Shown here: positions 45,700-55,071 of the stretch, one piece after another
Position numbering within the stretch: position 1 is the first letter of the stretch
Layout of the letters: the number at the start of each line of letters is the position of its first letter
Assembly (NCBI GenBank): GCA_035490495.1
Contig: DATHDE010000201.1
Coordinates: forward strand, 1,088-65,087
Origin: Nitrospirota bacterium
GTDB lineage: Bacteria; Nitrospirota; UBA9217
Direction of reading: 5' to 3'
DNA length: 64,000 bases
Notes under the pieces: model-generated
What the model was told of the DNA's origin: nothing
Database searches by the model: none
The model's input: only the letters and a program-made list of their open reading frames with translations
Translations under genes and position numbers: made by a program

Positions 45700-46839
45700 C
45701 TAGCGTTTTGTCATTGTTTCGAAGACAGCATTAATCCGACGGTTCTTCGCCCTGCCCTCGGCTGTTGCATTGCTTGCCACGGGCTGCGATGAACCGAAAC
45801 CCTTCGCAGACAGACGGCCGGGAGCTATGCCGAATTTTTCCACGAGATAGGCTTTCACGCTCTCAGCGCGCTTCAGGGACAGCTGCTGGTTGTACTCTTC
45901 CTTGCCGACATTGTCCGTGTGACCCTCGATCACCGCGGACGTTTCCGGATAGGTTTTCATGAAATCAGCTACTTTTTTGATCTGCACATCATACTGAGGT
46001 TTGATAACTGCCTTGCTGGTATCGAATTCGATTTGCAGGGCGATACTGACTTTCTCGGGCGCCTTTTCGACTGTTTTTGCCACGATAGGACAGCCGTCCT
46101 TGTCGACCTTCGCGCCTTTGGGCGTATCAGGACAGCGGTCAAGGTAATCAGGAACGCCGTCGCCGTCGCTGTCCACCGGGCATCCGTCTTTGTCGACTTT
46201 CACGCCTTTGGGCGTATCAGGGCAGCGGTCGAGGGCGTCCGGCACTCCATCTCCGTCTGCATCAGCAATTTGCACAGGAGCTGCAGCGGGAGCAGGTGCG
46301 GGCCTTCCACCTCCGAAAAAGAAGGTGACCCCGATCGTGTATTCCCAATCCGAACGGCCACCATCAAATACGAGAAGATGCCGGATGTCCGCTCTCAATG
46401 CCAGCGCCTCACTGAGAAAATATTTGACCCCGCCACCGTAGTTCAACAGGAAGTCGTTTCCGTCGCGGCCGGTGTTATCCGGATAATCCGCGTTTGTTCC
46501 CCCGATTCCGGCTGCAAGAAAGGGCACAAGCTTATCCTTTGGCCGGAAATGATACAATGCATCCAGGCGGTATCCGTACACCTTTACGTCGCCGCTGCCG
46601 CGGTCAAATTTCGTTTTTACGTAGTCAAAAGCGCCTTCAACACCCCACCGGTCGGTTAGATCATACCCGACCCTGAATCCGGCAACCGGCCTGTCTTTCA
46701 GGTTCATATCATGGTCGAAAACATACCATCCGAAAAACGGCGACACCGATACACGGCCGGGCGTTATTTCAGCAAAACCCGGTGCGGCAAATATTCCAGC
46801 TATCACCATGGTGAATAGTATCAGCAGCGTTCTTTTCAT
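45700..46839 (-). CDS. OmpA-family outer-membrane protein (beta-barrel + TSP3-type Asp-rich repeats + OmpA_C peptidoglycan-binding domain)
   Basis: About 379 aa with a signal peptide. Has DGDGVPDxLDRCPDTPKG repeats and a C-terminal OmpA-like domain (IEGHTDNVG...NRRI). Confidence 0.85.
   Translation of the reverse strand: MKRTLLILFTMVIAGIFAAPGFAEITPGRVSVSPFFGWYVFDHDMNLKDRPVAGFRVGYDLTDRWGVEGAFDYVKTKFDRGSGDVKVYGYRLDALYHFRPKDKLVPFLAAGIGGTNADYPDNTGRDGNDFLLNYGGGVKYFLSEALALRADIRHLLVFDGGRSDWEYTIGVTFFFGGGRPAPAPAAAPVQIADADGDGVPDALDRCPDTPKGVKVDKDGCPVDSDGDGVPDYLDRCPDTPKGAKVDKDGCPIVAKTVEKAPEKVSIALQIEFDTSKAVIKPQYDVQIKKVADFMKTYPETSAVIEGHTDNVGKEEYNQQLSLKRAESVKAYLVEKFGIAPGRLSAKGFGSSQPVASNATAEGRAKNRRINAVFETMTKR
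46091..46270. repeat. 2 x 90-nt tandem repeat inside the ompA-like gene
   Basis: Units at 46091-46180 and 46181-46270 share GCCTTTGGGCGTATCAGG(A/G)CAGCGGTC. They encode the duplicated DGDGVPDxLDRCPDTPKGxKVDKDGCP segment. Confidence 0.8.
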
Positions 46840-47672
46840 GCACATTCTCCCTCGTCAAGTTGTTCTTCATTTGTTTTACTCTTCTTCCGACTACCCTATT
46901 TCCACTCAGCACCTCCTTTGGAGTCCGGGATATCCGAGGGGATGATATTTCCCCGCCTTTTTCGTCAATACAATATGCGGCCCATACATCAGGCTCCCCC
47001 TGCAGCCACAATCTATCAGGAGAAAAACAATCGTGCTGACTGTTATATGCATTTAAGCATATGCTATCGGATGCAGGTGCACCCGTCATAACGATGATGG
47101 TCAATGACTGTATGGTTGTTCTGGTGCGAAATGGTAGATTGGGAAAGCAACTTAAATATTTATAGCACAGAATATTGGCAAGTCAAGGAGTGTTCGAGCA
47201 GAATTGCGGCACCCTTCAGACAGAAGATCTCCTGTTTCCCTCACTTATTATTTCATTATAACCAATGCCCTGAAAATTGTCTCTTGTGAACGTGTTGTTG
47301 GCGATGAAAGCAATGAGAAACAGGACAACTGCACCCGCACCTGCGGAGATAAAGGCAGGCAGTTAACCAAGACTATGAATTCCCCCCTCTGACACCGCTC
47401 AAAGCGATTGATCCGCACTGTGAATCGAGCGTTTTCGCATAGAAGATAAGAATGCCTGACGCCTCGAACGATCCTGCGAGGAGCGGCAGGCCGGGAGGTT
47501 CGAAGAAGCCGCCTTCAATATTACGAAATTCTTATTTTTGTTAAAGAAATCCGCCGATTCTACCGATAACATGATAAGAGTAGCACACCACGACCAGGTA
47601 TTTCGGAGGCGTGCAGCACTTTCGTCCACCTCTATACGTCCGGAAAGCAATACGTCTGAAGAGGAACCGCCT

Positions 47673-49712
47673 ATGACCGTAACATGCCCAAAAAACCCAC
47701 GATGGGTGTCCACACTTCTCCGCATCTGTATCCTGCTGGCCGTCGCATGCAGCCACCCTCTCTTTGCTGCGACGGATACCGCCGTGACTTCCTCTTCGGA
47801 TCTCCTGGATCTCAGCATCGAGGAGCTCAGCACCATCCAGATAACGACCGTGACCGGGGCTTCAAAATACGAACAAAAAGTGACGGAAGCTCCCTCGTCA
47901 ATCAGTATTATCACGTCTGACGACATACGAAAATTCGGATACCGCACCCTGGCGGACGTGCTGCGAAGCGTCAGAAGCTTCTATGTGACCTATGACCGGA
48001 ACTATTCCTACTATGGCGTGCGCGGTTTCAGCCGTCCCGGCGACTTCAATACGCGCGTTCTTCTTCTCGTGGACGGCCACCGGATCAATGACAATGTGTA
48101 CGATCAGGCCCCGCTCGGCACGGAGTTTCTGCTGGACATGGACCTGGTCAACCGTATCGAGGTCATTCGCGGCCCCGGATCCTCGCTCTACGGCAGCAAT
48201 GCATTCTTCGGCGTGATCAACATCATCACGAAAAGCGGTGGCGCCGTTCAGGGAACGGAACTGGCTGCCTCCGCAGCGAGCCTCGACACCTATGCGGGCC
48301 GGATCAGCTACGGTACAAGCGGTCCCGGTGGTTTCAACATGCTGCTGTCCGGCTCCGGATACGACAGCAAAGGCAACGCACACCTTTCCTACCCTGAGTT
48401 TGCAGGGATCAACAACGGCAGAGCCGACCACCGGGACAACGATCGCTCTCATAATTTCTTCTCCAAGATATCATACCGCGACTTCTCATTTGAAGGCGCC
48501 TACGGATATCGTGAAAAAGGCGTGCCCACGGCATCCTACGGTTCTGTCTTCAATGCACCGGACAACAGAACCATCGATGAAAATATGTATCTGGATGCAG
48601 CGTACCGCCATGTGTTCGCCGATGGTATTTCCGTGGTTGCAAAACTATCCTATGACGAAAAGAACTACTGGGAGGATTACCTGATGGATTATCCTCCTCC
48701 CACCCGCAACAGAGACACGGCGTTCGGCAAGTGGTGGACCGCCGAAGCGCAGGCCACAGGACTGTTTTTCCAGCGGCATAAAGTGTCGGCAGGCGCTGAA
48801 TACAAGGACAATATCCAGCAGGATCAAAGCAACTTTGATATTGATCCCCCTTTCACCTACCTCGATGACAGGCGAAGATCGAGGCTTCATGCCTTCTACG
48901 TTGAGGATGAATATCGCATTTCGGACCGTCTGCTCGCGAATGTCGGCCTTCGCTATGACCACTACAGCTCGTTCGGCGACACCACGAATCCGCGTCTTGC
49001 ACTGATATATGCTCCGGCCAGGACAACCATTTTCAAACTCCTCTACGGCACGGCCTTCCGTGCCCCCAATGTCTTCGAGCTTTACTACAATGACGGGATC
49101 ACAGCGAAGTCCAACCCGAATCTCAAACCCGAAAAAATCAAGACGTATGAACTCGTTTATGAACAATATCTCGGACCGTCTATCCGCACGTCCGTGAGCG
49201 GCTTTTCCTACCGGATCGAGAATCTGATCACCTCGGTGACGGACCCTGGCGACGGAATGTCCCAATTCCAGAATAGTAACAGGACCGAAACCCGGGGCAT
49301 CGAGATGGAGCTGGAGGGTAAATGGCAGAACGGTATACGGGGACGCGCGAGCTATTCGGTTCAGAAGGCAAAAGATATGAACACCGGCGAAGTCCTCACG
49401 AATTCACCGGAACAGCTGGGGAAGGTTAACATCATCGTCCCGCTCATCAAGGAGCGTGTTTTTCTGGATCCGGAATACCAGTATATGAGCAGTCGCAAAA
49501 CTGTGGGCAACAGCCGGGAGGGAGCATTTTCAATCGTCAATGTGACGCTCTACGGCCGCGATATGCTCAAGCATCTCGATATTGCATTCAGCGTTTATAA
49601 CGTGTTTGACACAAAATACGGAGATCCCGGTGCAGGTCCGCCGCAGCACGTCCAGGATGTAATTCCACAGGACGGCCGGCTTTTCCGCATCAAGCTTACC
49701 TATGTCTTCTAG
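47673..49712 (+). CDS. TonB-dependent outer-membrane receptor
   Basis: Start taken at MTVTCPKNPRWVSTLLRICILLAVA (signal). Plug domain (EELSTIQITTVTGASKYEQKVTEAPSSISIIT) and a terminal beta-strand ending in F. Confidence 0.85.
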   Translation: MTVTCPKNPRWVSTLLRICILLAVACSHPLFAATDTAVTSSSDLLDLSIEELSTIQITTVTGASKYEQKVTEAPSSISIITSDDIRKFGYRTLADVLRSVRSFYVTYDRNYSYYGVRGFSRPGDFNTRVLLLVDGHRINDNVYDQAPLGTEFLLDMDLVNRIEVIRGPGSSLYGSNAFFGVINIITKSGGAVQGTELAASAASLDTYAGRISYGTSGPGGFNMLLSGSGYDSKGNAHLSYPEFAGINNGRADHRDNDRSHNFFSKISYRDFSFEGAYGYREKGVPTASYGSVFNAPDNRTIDENMYLDAAYRHVFADGISVVAKLSYDEKNYWEDYLMDYPPPTRNRDTAFGKWWTAEAQATGLFFQRHKVSAGAEYKDNIQQDQSNFDIDPPFTYLDDRRRSRLHAFYVEDEYRISDRLLANVGLRYDHYSSFGDTTNPRLALIYAPARTTIFKLLYGTAFRAPNVFELYYNDGITAKSNPNLKPEKIKTYELVYEQYLGPSIRTSVSGFSYRIENLITSVTDPGDGMSQFQNSNRTETRGIEMELEGKWQNGIRGRASYSVQKAKDMNTGEVLTNSPEQLGKVNIIVPLIKERVFLDPEYQYMSSRKTVGNSREGAFSIVNVTLYGRDMLKHLDIAFSVYNVFDTKYGDPGAGPPQHVQDVIPQDGRLFRIKLTYVF

Positions 49713-50310
49713 AATACCATTGAAAGCCGGGGACAGCAAACTTCCTCGCGGCCGCTCACTCCTCCTGGTTTTGGCGTGGCTGTGTTCGTGTCTGTTCGCA
49801 GCCAGCCATGCCGCGGCGCAGCCGCCCAAGCCGACGGAGTACCAGATCAAGGCGGCATTCTTGTATAATTTCGCCAAATTCGTCGACTGGCCTGAGGACT
49901 CCTTCCACAGTGAGACTGCACCCTTCGTGTTCGGAATCCTCGGCGACGACCCGTTCGGGGATGATGTGGACGCCTTAACCATGAAAACGATCAACAGCCG
50001 TGCTGTAAAGATCCGCCGCATGGGCGATGTGCGCGAAGCCCGCGCATGCCATGTACTGTTCATCAGTTCGTCCGAGGAGGAGCATATTGAACAGATACTG
50101 CGCGTGATGCAGACATCCCGGACGCTCCTGGTGAGCGACATCAGCAATTTCGCCGCACAAGGCGGCATGATTAATTTCATTGTTAAAGACAACAATGTCC
50201 GGTTCGTCATCAACAGGGCTGCCATGGTGAAGGCCGGTATCAATCTCCATTCGCGTCTGCTCAAAATGGCTGTCATGGTATACGATAGTCAGGATCATAC
50301 GGCCAATTGA
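49702..50310 (+). CDS. YfiR/DUF4154-family periplasmic protein
   Basis: 202 aa with a signal peptide. Contains EYQIKAAFLYNFAKFVDWP, typical of YfiR-like proteins. 11-nt overlap with the receptor gene. Confidence 0.7.
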   Translation: MSSRIPLKAGDSKLPRGRSLLLVLAWLCSCLFAASHAAAQPPKPTEYQIKAAFLYNFAKFVDWPEDSFHSETAPFVFGILGDDPFGDDVDALTMKTINSRAVKIRRMGDVREARACHVLFISSSEEEHIEQILRVMQTSRTLLVSDISNFAAQGGMINFIVKDNNVRFVINRAAMVKAGINLHSRLLKMAVMVYDSQDHTAN

Positions 50311-50311
50311 T

Positions 50312-52273
50312 ATGCTGATCGCAAAATCAACCTCCATCAAAAGAAAACTGCTTTCCATCGGTTTGGTAACAAGCGGTATTGCCCTGCTGTCCGCCTGCGT
50401 CGTATTTATTTTCCATGAAGCCTGGTCGTTTCATTCCTCCCGGCTGGATGAACTCACCGTCCAGGCAGACATGATCGGCAGCAACAGCACGGTTGCCCTG
50501 TCTTTCAACAACAGGCGGGATGCCGAAGAGATCCTGAATGCTCTGGTCGCGGCGCCAAGCATTGTCCAGGCCGTCATCTACCGGAAGGACGGCAATCTGT
50601 TTGCCGTATATCACCGGCGCGGAACGATAGATCTGCCTGCACCCCTGACAGCGCCGTCGGCAGGGCATTCGTTTGGTGTGAATCAGGTGATCCTTGTCCG
50701 GCCGATCCTGCTTGACCACGAACGGATTGGCAGTATTTACATCCGCTCCGATCTGCGGGATATTTATGCACGCATGTTCTGGCTTGCCGGCATTGCTGTC
50801 CTCGCCTTCGTCCTGTCGCTGTTGCTTGCGTACTTCCTTCTTTCACGTCTGCAGAAAATGATCACGGCACCTATGCTCGAGCTGGTCAACCTCACCAGGG
50901 CTGTCTCGCTGGGGAAGGACTACTCCCTTCGCAGCACCGAGGTCCGGGATGATGAAATGGGCAGTCTGGCCACCGGTTTGAATGAAATGCTGACGCAGAT
51001 CCAGCTCCGCGACGAAGAGCTGAAATCCCAGCAGGAGCACCTTGAGGAAAAAGTTGCGGTGCGTACAGCCGAACTCGCGATGGCGAACGACCGGCTGCAA
51101 AAGGAACTCGAGCAGCGAAAACGCACGGAGGACCAGCTGCGGCATTCCCAGCGGCTCGAGGCCGTCGGACGACTCTCAGGCGGCGTGGCACATGATTTCA
51201 ACAATATCTTGACCGCCATTATCGGCTACGCCAGTCTGCTGCAGATGAAAATGAGCGCCGATGACCCCATGCGTCATCATGTTGATGAGATCCTCGCTTC
51301 TGCCTCCCGTGCAGCGCATCTCACCCAGAGTCTGCTCGCCTTCAGCAGAAAACAGGTCATGAACCCCAAACCTGTGGATATCACCCTGGTCATCGAGCGT
51401 ATCAGCAAGCTCCTGCAGCGCCTGATCGGAGAAGATGTCGTCCTGGAGCGCAAATTGTTCGGCGAACAGCTCATTGCTGTTGTGGACAGCGGGCAGCTGG
51501 AACAGGTTCTCATGAACCTTTCGACCAATGCACGTGATGCAATGCCGGACGGCGGCCGCCTGACTATCGAAACGGAGCGCCACGAGCTCTCGGACCAGTT
51601 CATTGCTTCTCACGAATATATGAAGCCAGGTCCCTACGCCGTGGTCACGGTTTCAGATACTGGCTCCGGCATGGACGAAGATACGGCATCACGGATTTTC
51701 GAGCCTTTCTTTACGACCAAGGATGTGGGGAAAGGAACGGGACTTGGTCTTTCCATCGTGCACGGGATCATAAAACAGCATGAAGGTTATATTAATGTTT
51801 ACACGGAACCGGGACGGGGCACCACCTTCCGCATGTATCTCCCCTTGGTCAGGGCGACGGTGGCGAACGACGTGATTGCGCCGGTGCAGGAGATGAAAAA
51901 AGGCACGGAAACCATCCTCCTGGCGGAAGATGATGCCGTGATCCGGCGCCTGACGCGGGCAGTGCTCGAGGAAGCCGGCTATACCATCATCGAATGCGCG
52001 GACGGACAGGATGCGATCGACAAGATCAGGCAGCACCGCGATTCAATCAGGCTGCTCCTGCTGGATATGATCATGCCGAAGAAAAACGGGAAGGAAGTAT
52101 ACGAGGAAACGAGGGCCCTGCTGCCCGGAGTAAAGACGTTGTTCGTAAGCGGCTACACCGCCGATATCATCCAATCGAAGGGTCTCCTGTACGACGGTCA
52201 GGAGATGATTTCCAAACCCCTGTCGCCGGCAGATCTCCTCTTAAAAATACGTTTGCTGCTCGATTCTGCATAG
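50312..52273 (+). CDS. Hybrid sensor histidine kinase (CHASE8-like periplasmic domain, HAMP, HisKA, HATPase_c, REC)
   Basis: 653 aa. Two TM helices flank a domain of about 140 aa. H-box GGVAHDFNNIL, G-box GTGLGLSIV and a C-terminal REC (ILLAEDD...LLLLDMIMPKKNG). Confidence 0.85.
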   Translation: MLIAKSTSIKRKLLSIGLVTSGIALLSACVVFIFHEAWSFHSSRLDELTVQADMIGSNSTVALSFNNRRDAEEILNALVAAPSIVQAVIYRKDGNLFAVYHRRGTIDLPAPLTAPSAGHSFGVNQVILVRPILLDHERIGSIYIRSDLRDIYARMFWLAGIAVLAFVLSLLLAYFLLSRLQKMITAPMLELVNLTRAVSLGKDYSLRSTEVRDDEMGSLATGLNEMLTQIQLRDEELKSQQEHLEEKVAVRTAELAMANDRLQKELEQRKRTEDQLRHSQRLEAVGRLSGGVAHDFNNILTAIIGYASLLQMKMSADDPMRHHVDEILASASRAAHLTQSLLAFSRKQVMNPKPVDITLVIERISKLLQRLIGEDVVLERKLFGEQLIAVVDSGQLEQVLMNLSTNARDAMPDGGRLTIETERHELSDQFIASHEYMKPGPYAVVTVSDTGSGMDEDTASRIFEPFFTTKDVGKGTGLGLSIVHGIIKQHEGYINVYTEPGRGTTFRMYLPLVRATVANDVIAPVQEMKKGTETILLAEDDAVIRRLTRAVLEEAGYTIIECADGQDAIDKIRQHRDSIRLLLLDMIMPKKNGKEVYEETRALLPGVKTLFVSGYTADIIQSKGLLYDGQEMISKPLSPADLLLKIRLLLDSA

Positions 52274-52316
52274 AAGTGCGGCTCGTGCTCGCCGAACGTT
52301 GCTGCTGCATGATGAT

Positions 52317-53216
52317 TCACCTTTCATCCCGGTCCTCCGCCTTTGCCACGATCCAGTATACGAATCCGATCACCAGGATCGCCGCAATGAGATAATAGAC
52401 TGACTCGGGCTTTTCATGCCTCAGTGTGGCGATCATGGTCTCCCGGATCATGGTTACCAGCGCCACGCCGACGAACACGCTGATGTGGAACTTCCCCCCC
52501 TTGAGATGAGATATCTCCGTGTTGATCAGCTCGATCATGAGCCAGAGAAGGAGCATGGATCCGAGTGAAGAAATAATACCGCTCTCGATGCCGCTGGCAA
52601 ACATTCCCATGACATCCTGGATGAACAGCCATACTACGCCGAGCGTCAGTCCAATCAGGGCGAGCACCAGCATGAGGTTCGCCGTATGGGAGAACCGCTC
52701 CGAGAACGAGATAAGAGCGCTTCGGACCTTGTACACCGGGGAATAAACGCGCATCTCCTCTTCAATGTAGGAACTGGTTATGACGTCCAGGCTGATGTCG
52801 AGGATCTTGCCGAGCGATATGATCCTGCTCGTGGTTTCCGCCTTATCTTCTTCCTGCAGCTGCAGGATGCCGGTGCACGCGTTTCTGACGAGATTGATGG
52901 AGCGGTTCATATAGTGAGTGTCAACGTTGTGTTTGACATGGGTCGCGCCGATCCTGATCAGTTTTTCATAATAGCGGTTATCGTATTTTCCGGCAAACAG
53001 CCCGAGAAACCACTCCCGCTGCGACTGGAAGACGTGTGTTTTGCGGGATTCCTCGTTAAAGAACTGGGCAGCGCCCTTGGTTCCGACGATCCAGAGGCTC
53101 AAGGTTCCCATGATTTCATCGGCGTGCTCTTCCATGAGCTGGCGCAGCCCCGCGAGCCTTTTTTCATCCTCTTCCGTGAACCGGTAGTCATGTTTGATGT
53201 CTTTGAAGGATCTCAT
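52317..53216 (-). CDS. Protoglobin/globin-coupled-sensor domain fused to a PsiE-like membrane domain
   Basis: 299 aa. N-terminus has FTEEDEKRLAGLRQLMEEHADEI...REWFLGLFAGKYDNRYYEKLIRIGATHVKHNV (sensor-globin pattern). C-terminus has about four TM helices with LWLMIELINTEISHLKG, resembling PsiE. Confidence 0.55.
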   Translation of the reverse strand: MRSFKDIKHDYRFTEEDEKRLAGLRQLMEEHADEIMGTLSLWIVGTKGAAQFFNEESRKTHVFQSQREWFLGLFAGKYDNRYYEKLIRIGATHVKHNVDTHYMNRSINLVRNACTGILQLQEEDKAETTSRIISLGKILDISLDVITSSYIEEEMRVYSPVYKVRSALISFSERFSHTANLMLVLALIGLTLGVVWLFIQDVMGMFASGIESGIISSLGSMLLLWLMIELINTEISHLKGGKFHISVFVGVALVTMIRETMIATLRHEKPESVYYLIAAILVIGFVYWIVAKAEDRDER

Positions 53217-53250
53217 ATCTCCATCCTGCCTGCTCGATCATGTCATTGTT

Positions 53251-54411
53251 TCATTGATCCGGCTGCTTCCGGCGTCCCGCTCCGCTTCGCCGGTCTTTTC
53301 CCGATCTCCGCTCCGGACCGCTGTACTCCGGATCCCGGAATTTTCTGCGTTCGGACGCGATGCGCCGATCGCTCACCGTGCGTCGGTCTCTCCGTATCTT
53401 TTCGAAAAGATCGTCGAACAAGATCGTTCTTTTCTCGGCAAGAATGCCGAGGTACGGTGTTCCGCTTTTCGTCACTGATGCATGCAAGTCCAGACGGATA
53501 TCGGAAACAAGTGAGACAAGGGCGTTCTCCGCATGCAGAAAAAGTTCCAGTTCTTTTTCGAAGACCCGGGACGGCATGCCCCGGTATTCTTTCATCAGCG
53601 CATCGAGTGAAGCCACGATGCTTCCTGTGTGGTCAACCAGGGTCTGGTACAGTCTCTTTAAAGCATCCACATCCTTCTTCACGTAAGCGGAAAGTTCACT
53701 CAGCAGGGTTGCAACATCGTTTTGAACGGTTTCGAGCTGCTGCCGCGTGATCTCACCGCGGTGGAGGGCGTCTTTCATCTGGTCCTTGAACTGCGTCTTG
53801 ATTTCTGCGGCCAGCCTCGCCTCCTCGTTTTCGGTGAGATTCCGGTCTCCGAGAATATCGAGCGACATGCGGCAGATGCGGTTGATCTTTGCAAGATTTT
53901 CCCTGAGGTAATCGATGATGCTGACCAGTTCCTCGGATATCGTCATCCAGATTCTGGTCATGCGCTCGATCGACGCCTTTCGGTCCTCCATCATGTCGAG
54001 AAGTCTCGTAACCCGGACCGAATGCTCCTTCTTCGGATCAAGGGTGTGCAATTCCTCTTCTGCCGCTTTCACGAAGGACGAGGGCTTCTTGAAATCGAGC
54101 GGTTTCAGGAAACGGACGTTGTATTTGTACAGTTCCACTGATGTTATCACGGCCTGGTTCAGAAAGCCGGAATGACCGAGGACAGCGTAGAAAAGACGTT
54201 CGCGGTGATCGATCGTTTCAGCGGTTACATTTTTTCTTCTTTCAAAATCGGCGTAATCGGCGAGAAGTTTTTGATAGGGCTCCATGTCCTTCGCATGGGA
54301 AACACCATCCTGTTTCGGACTCTCGAGAAACTCCCGCAATTCCGCCTTTGACGGATACAGCTCTTCATTTGATCCGAACCGTATGCCGAAGAGGGTCTCA
54401 TTCGTGCTCAT
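53251..54411 (-). CDS. Hypothetical all-helical protein with a C-terminal Arg-rich (D/E)RR repeat tail
   Basis: Start taken at MSTNETLFGI; the ORF track extends to 54441. I recognised no family. The tail reads RRDRRTVSDRRIASERRKFRDPEYSGPERRSGKDRRSGAGRRK. Confidence 0.5.
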   Translation of the reverse strand: MSTNETLFGIRFGSNEELYPSKAELREFLESPKQDGVSHAKDMEPYQKLLADYADFERRKNVTAETIDHRERLFYAVLGHSGFLNQAVITSVELYKYNVRFLKPLDFKKPSSFVKAAEEELHTLDPKKEHSVRVTRLLDMMEDRKASIERMTRIWMTISEELVSIIDYLRENLAKINRICRMSLDILGDRNLTENEEARLAAEIKTQFKDQMKDALHRGEITRQQLETVQNDVATLLSELSAYVKKDVDALKRLYQTLVDHTGSIVASLDALMKEYRGMPSRVFEKELELFLHAENALVSLVSDIRLDLHASVTKSGTPYLGILAEKRTILFDDLFEKIRRDRRTVSDRRIASERRKFRDPEYSGPERRSGKDRRSGAGRRKQPDQ

Positions 54412-54722
54412 GAATATAGTGCTCCTCCGTCTGTCAGCCATTTAGTATAGCATAGGTCACGTTTGGAGGGAATCATCTTTTTTAATACAGGAAATTGACC
54501 TGGGCGGATCAACCGGATGCAGCGGAAATTATAAGAATGGCTGGGTGCGGCACTTGCTTGTCGGCCCACGTGCCGACAGCAGCGTATGCAGACGCACCGC
54601 TGCCTGGTGTCACCGGCATCGATCAATCCGATATGGCGGATAGAGTGATCCGGGAACACTCCTGGTGCGTTGACGACGGATGCCGTTTTCCGCGGTACGG
54701 CATTCATGACAACCGTTTCTCC

Positions 54723-54764
54723 CCGCTGTGCATCTTCGCTGCACGGCGCCTTCCTGCACAGCGG
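54723..54764 (-). terminator. Stem-loop immediately after rubredoxin (no U-tract)
   Basis: CCGCTGTGCA-22 nt-TGCACAGCGG: perfect 10-bp arms starting 3 nt after the stop codon. Confidence 0.3.
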
Positions 54765-54766
54765 TA

Positions 54767-54925
54767 TCAAATTTTCACAAAAGAATCCTTCGTAGCTCCG
54801 CAAACAGGGCAGGTCCAGGTGTCGGGTATGTTTTCGAACGCCGTCCCGGGTGCGATCCCGCCGTCAGGGTCTCCTACTGCTGGATCATAAATCCAATTAC
54901 AAATCATACATTGCCATTTATCCAT
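54767..54925 (-). CDS. Rubredoxin
   Basis: 52 aa from the internal ATG, after AGGAG: [49 protein letters not shown]. Two CxxC pairs. Confidence 0.9.
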   Translation of the reverse strand: MDKWQCMICNWIYDPAVGDPDGGIAPGTAFENIPDTWTCPVCGATKDSFVKI

Positions 54926-55071
54926 GCATGTTCTCCTTTTGAGTTGGATTTCGTATGCTGCGTCGCCTTTGCATCGAAATGTCCACAGCAGCATTTTTTG
55001 CTGTTTACCGGCATGCATACAGGTAAAACTATATCACACCATGATGCTTCTTGCACACAACACTATGGCCT

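Noticed and set aside
46915-46945. RNase P RNA-like GGAGTCCGGG string in the long intergenic region
   Set aside because: It lacks the GAGGAAAGTCCGGGC P4 core and the rest of the conserved RNase P structure.
47563-47581. Fur-box-like GATAACATGATAAG upstream of the receptor
   Set aside because: Only about 6 of 19 positions match GATAATGATAATCATTATC in register. This is not better than chance in an AT-rich patch.
47290-47672. Possible cobalamin riboswitch ahead of the TonB-dependent receptor
   Set aside because: I found fragments such as CCGCACTGTGA and GAACGATCCTGCG that loosely resemble the conserved core and the B12 box. The GGTG..AA.CC element and a proper AGYCMGGAGACCKGCC box are missing, and the order and spacing do not fit. 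An Rfam scan is needed to settle it.
47399-47947. 182-aa minus-strand ORF
   Set aside because: It overlaps the signal peptide and plug region of the TonB-dependent receptor on the opposite strand. No RBS and no motifs.
52686-53750. 354-aa plus-strand ORF
   Set aside because: It is antisense to the globin-PsiE gene and the hypothetical gene. The composition is Arg/Pro/Ala-rich, as in a shadow frame.
54542-54557. Sigma54-like GGGTGCGGCACTTGCT on the plus strand
   Set aside because: The GG-N10-GC spacing is correct, but it points toward the 3' end of the minus-strand rubredoxin gene and no credible plus-strand gene lies downstream. The overlapping 131-aa ORFs (54408-54803 and 54495-54890) look spurious.
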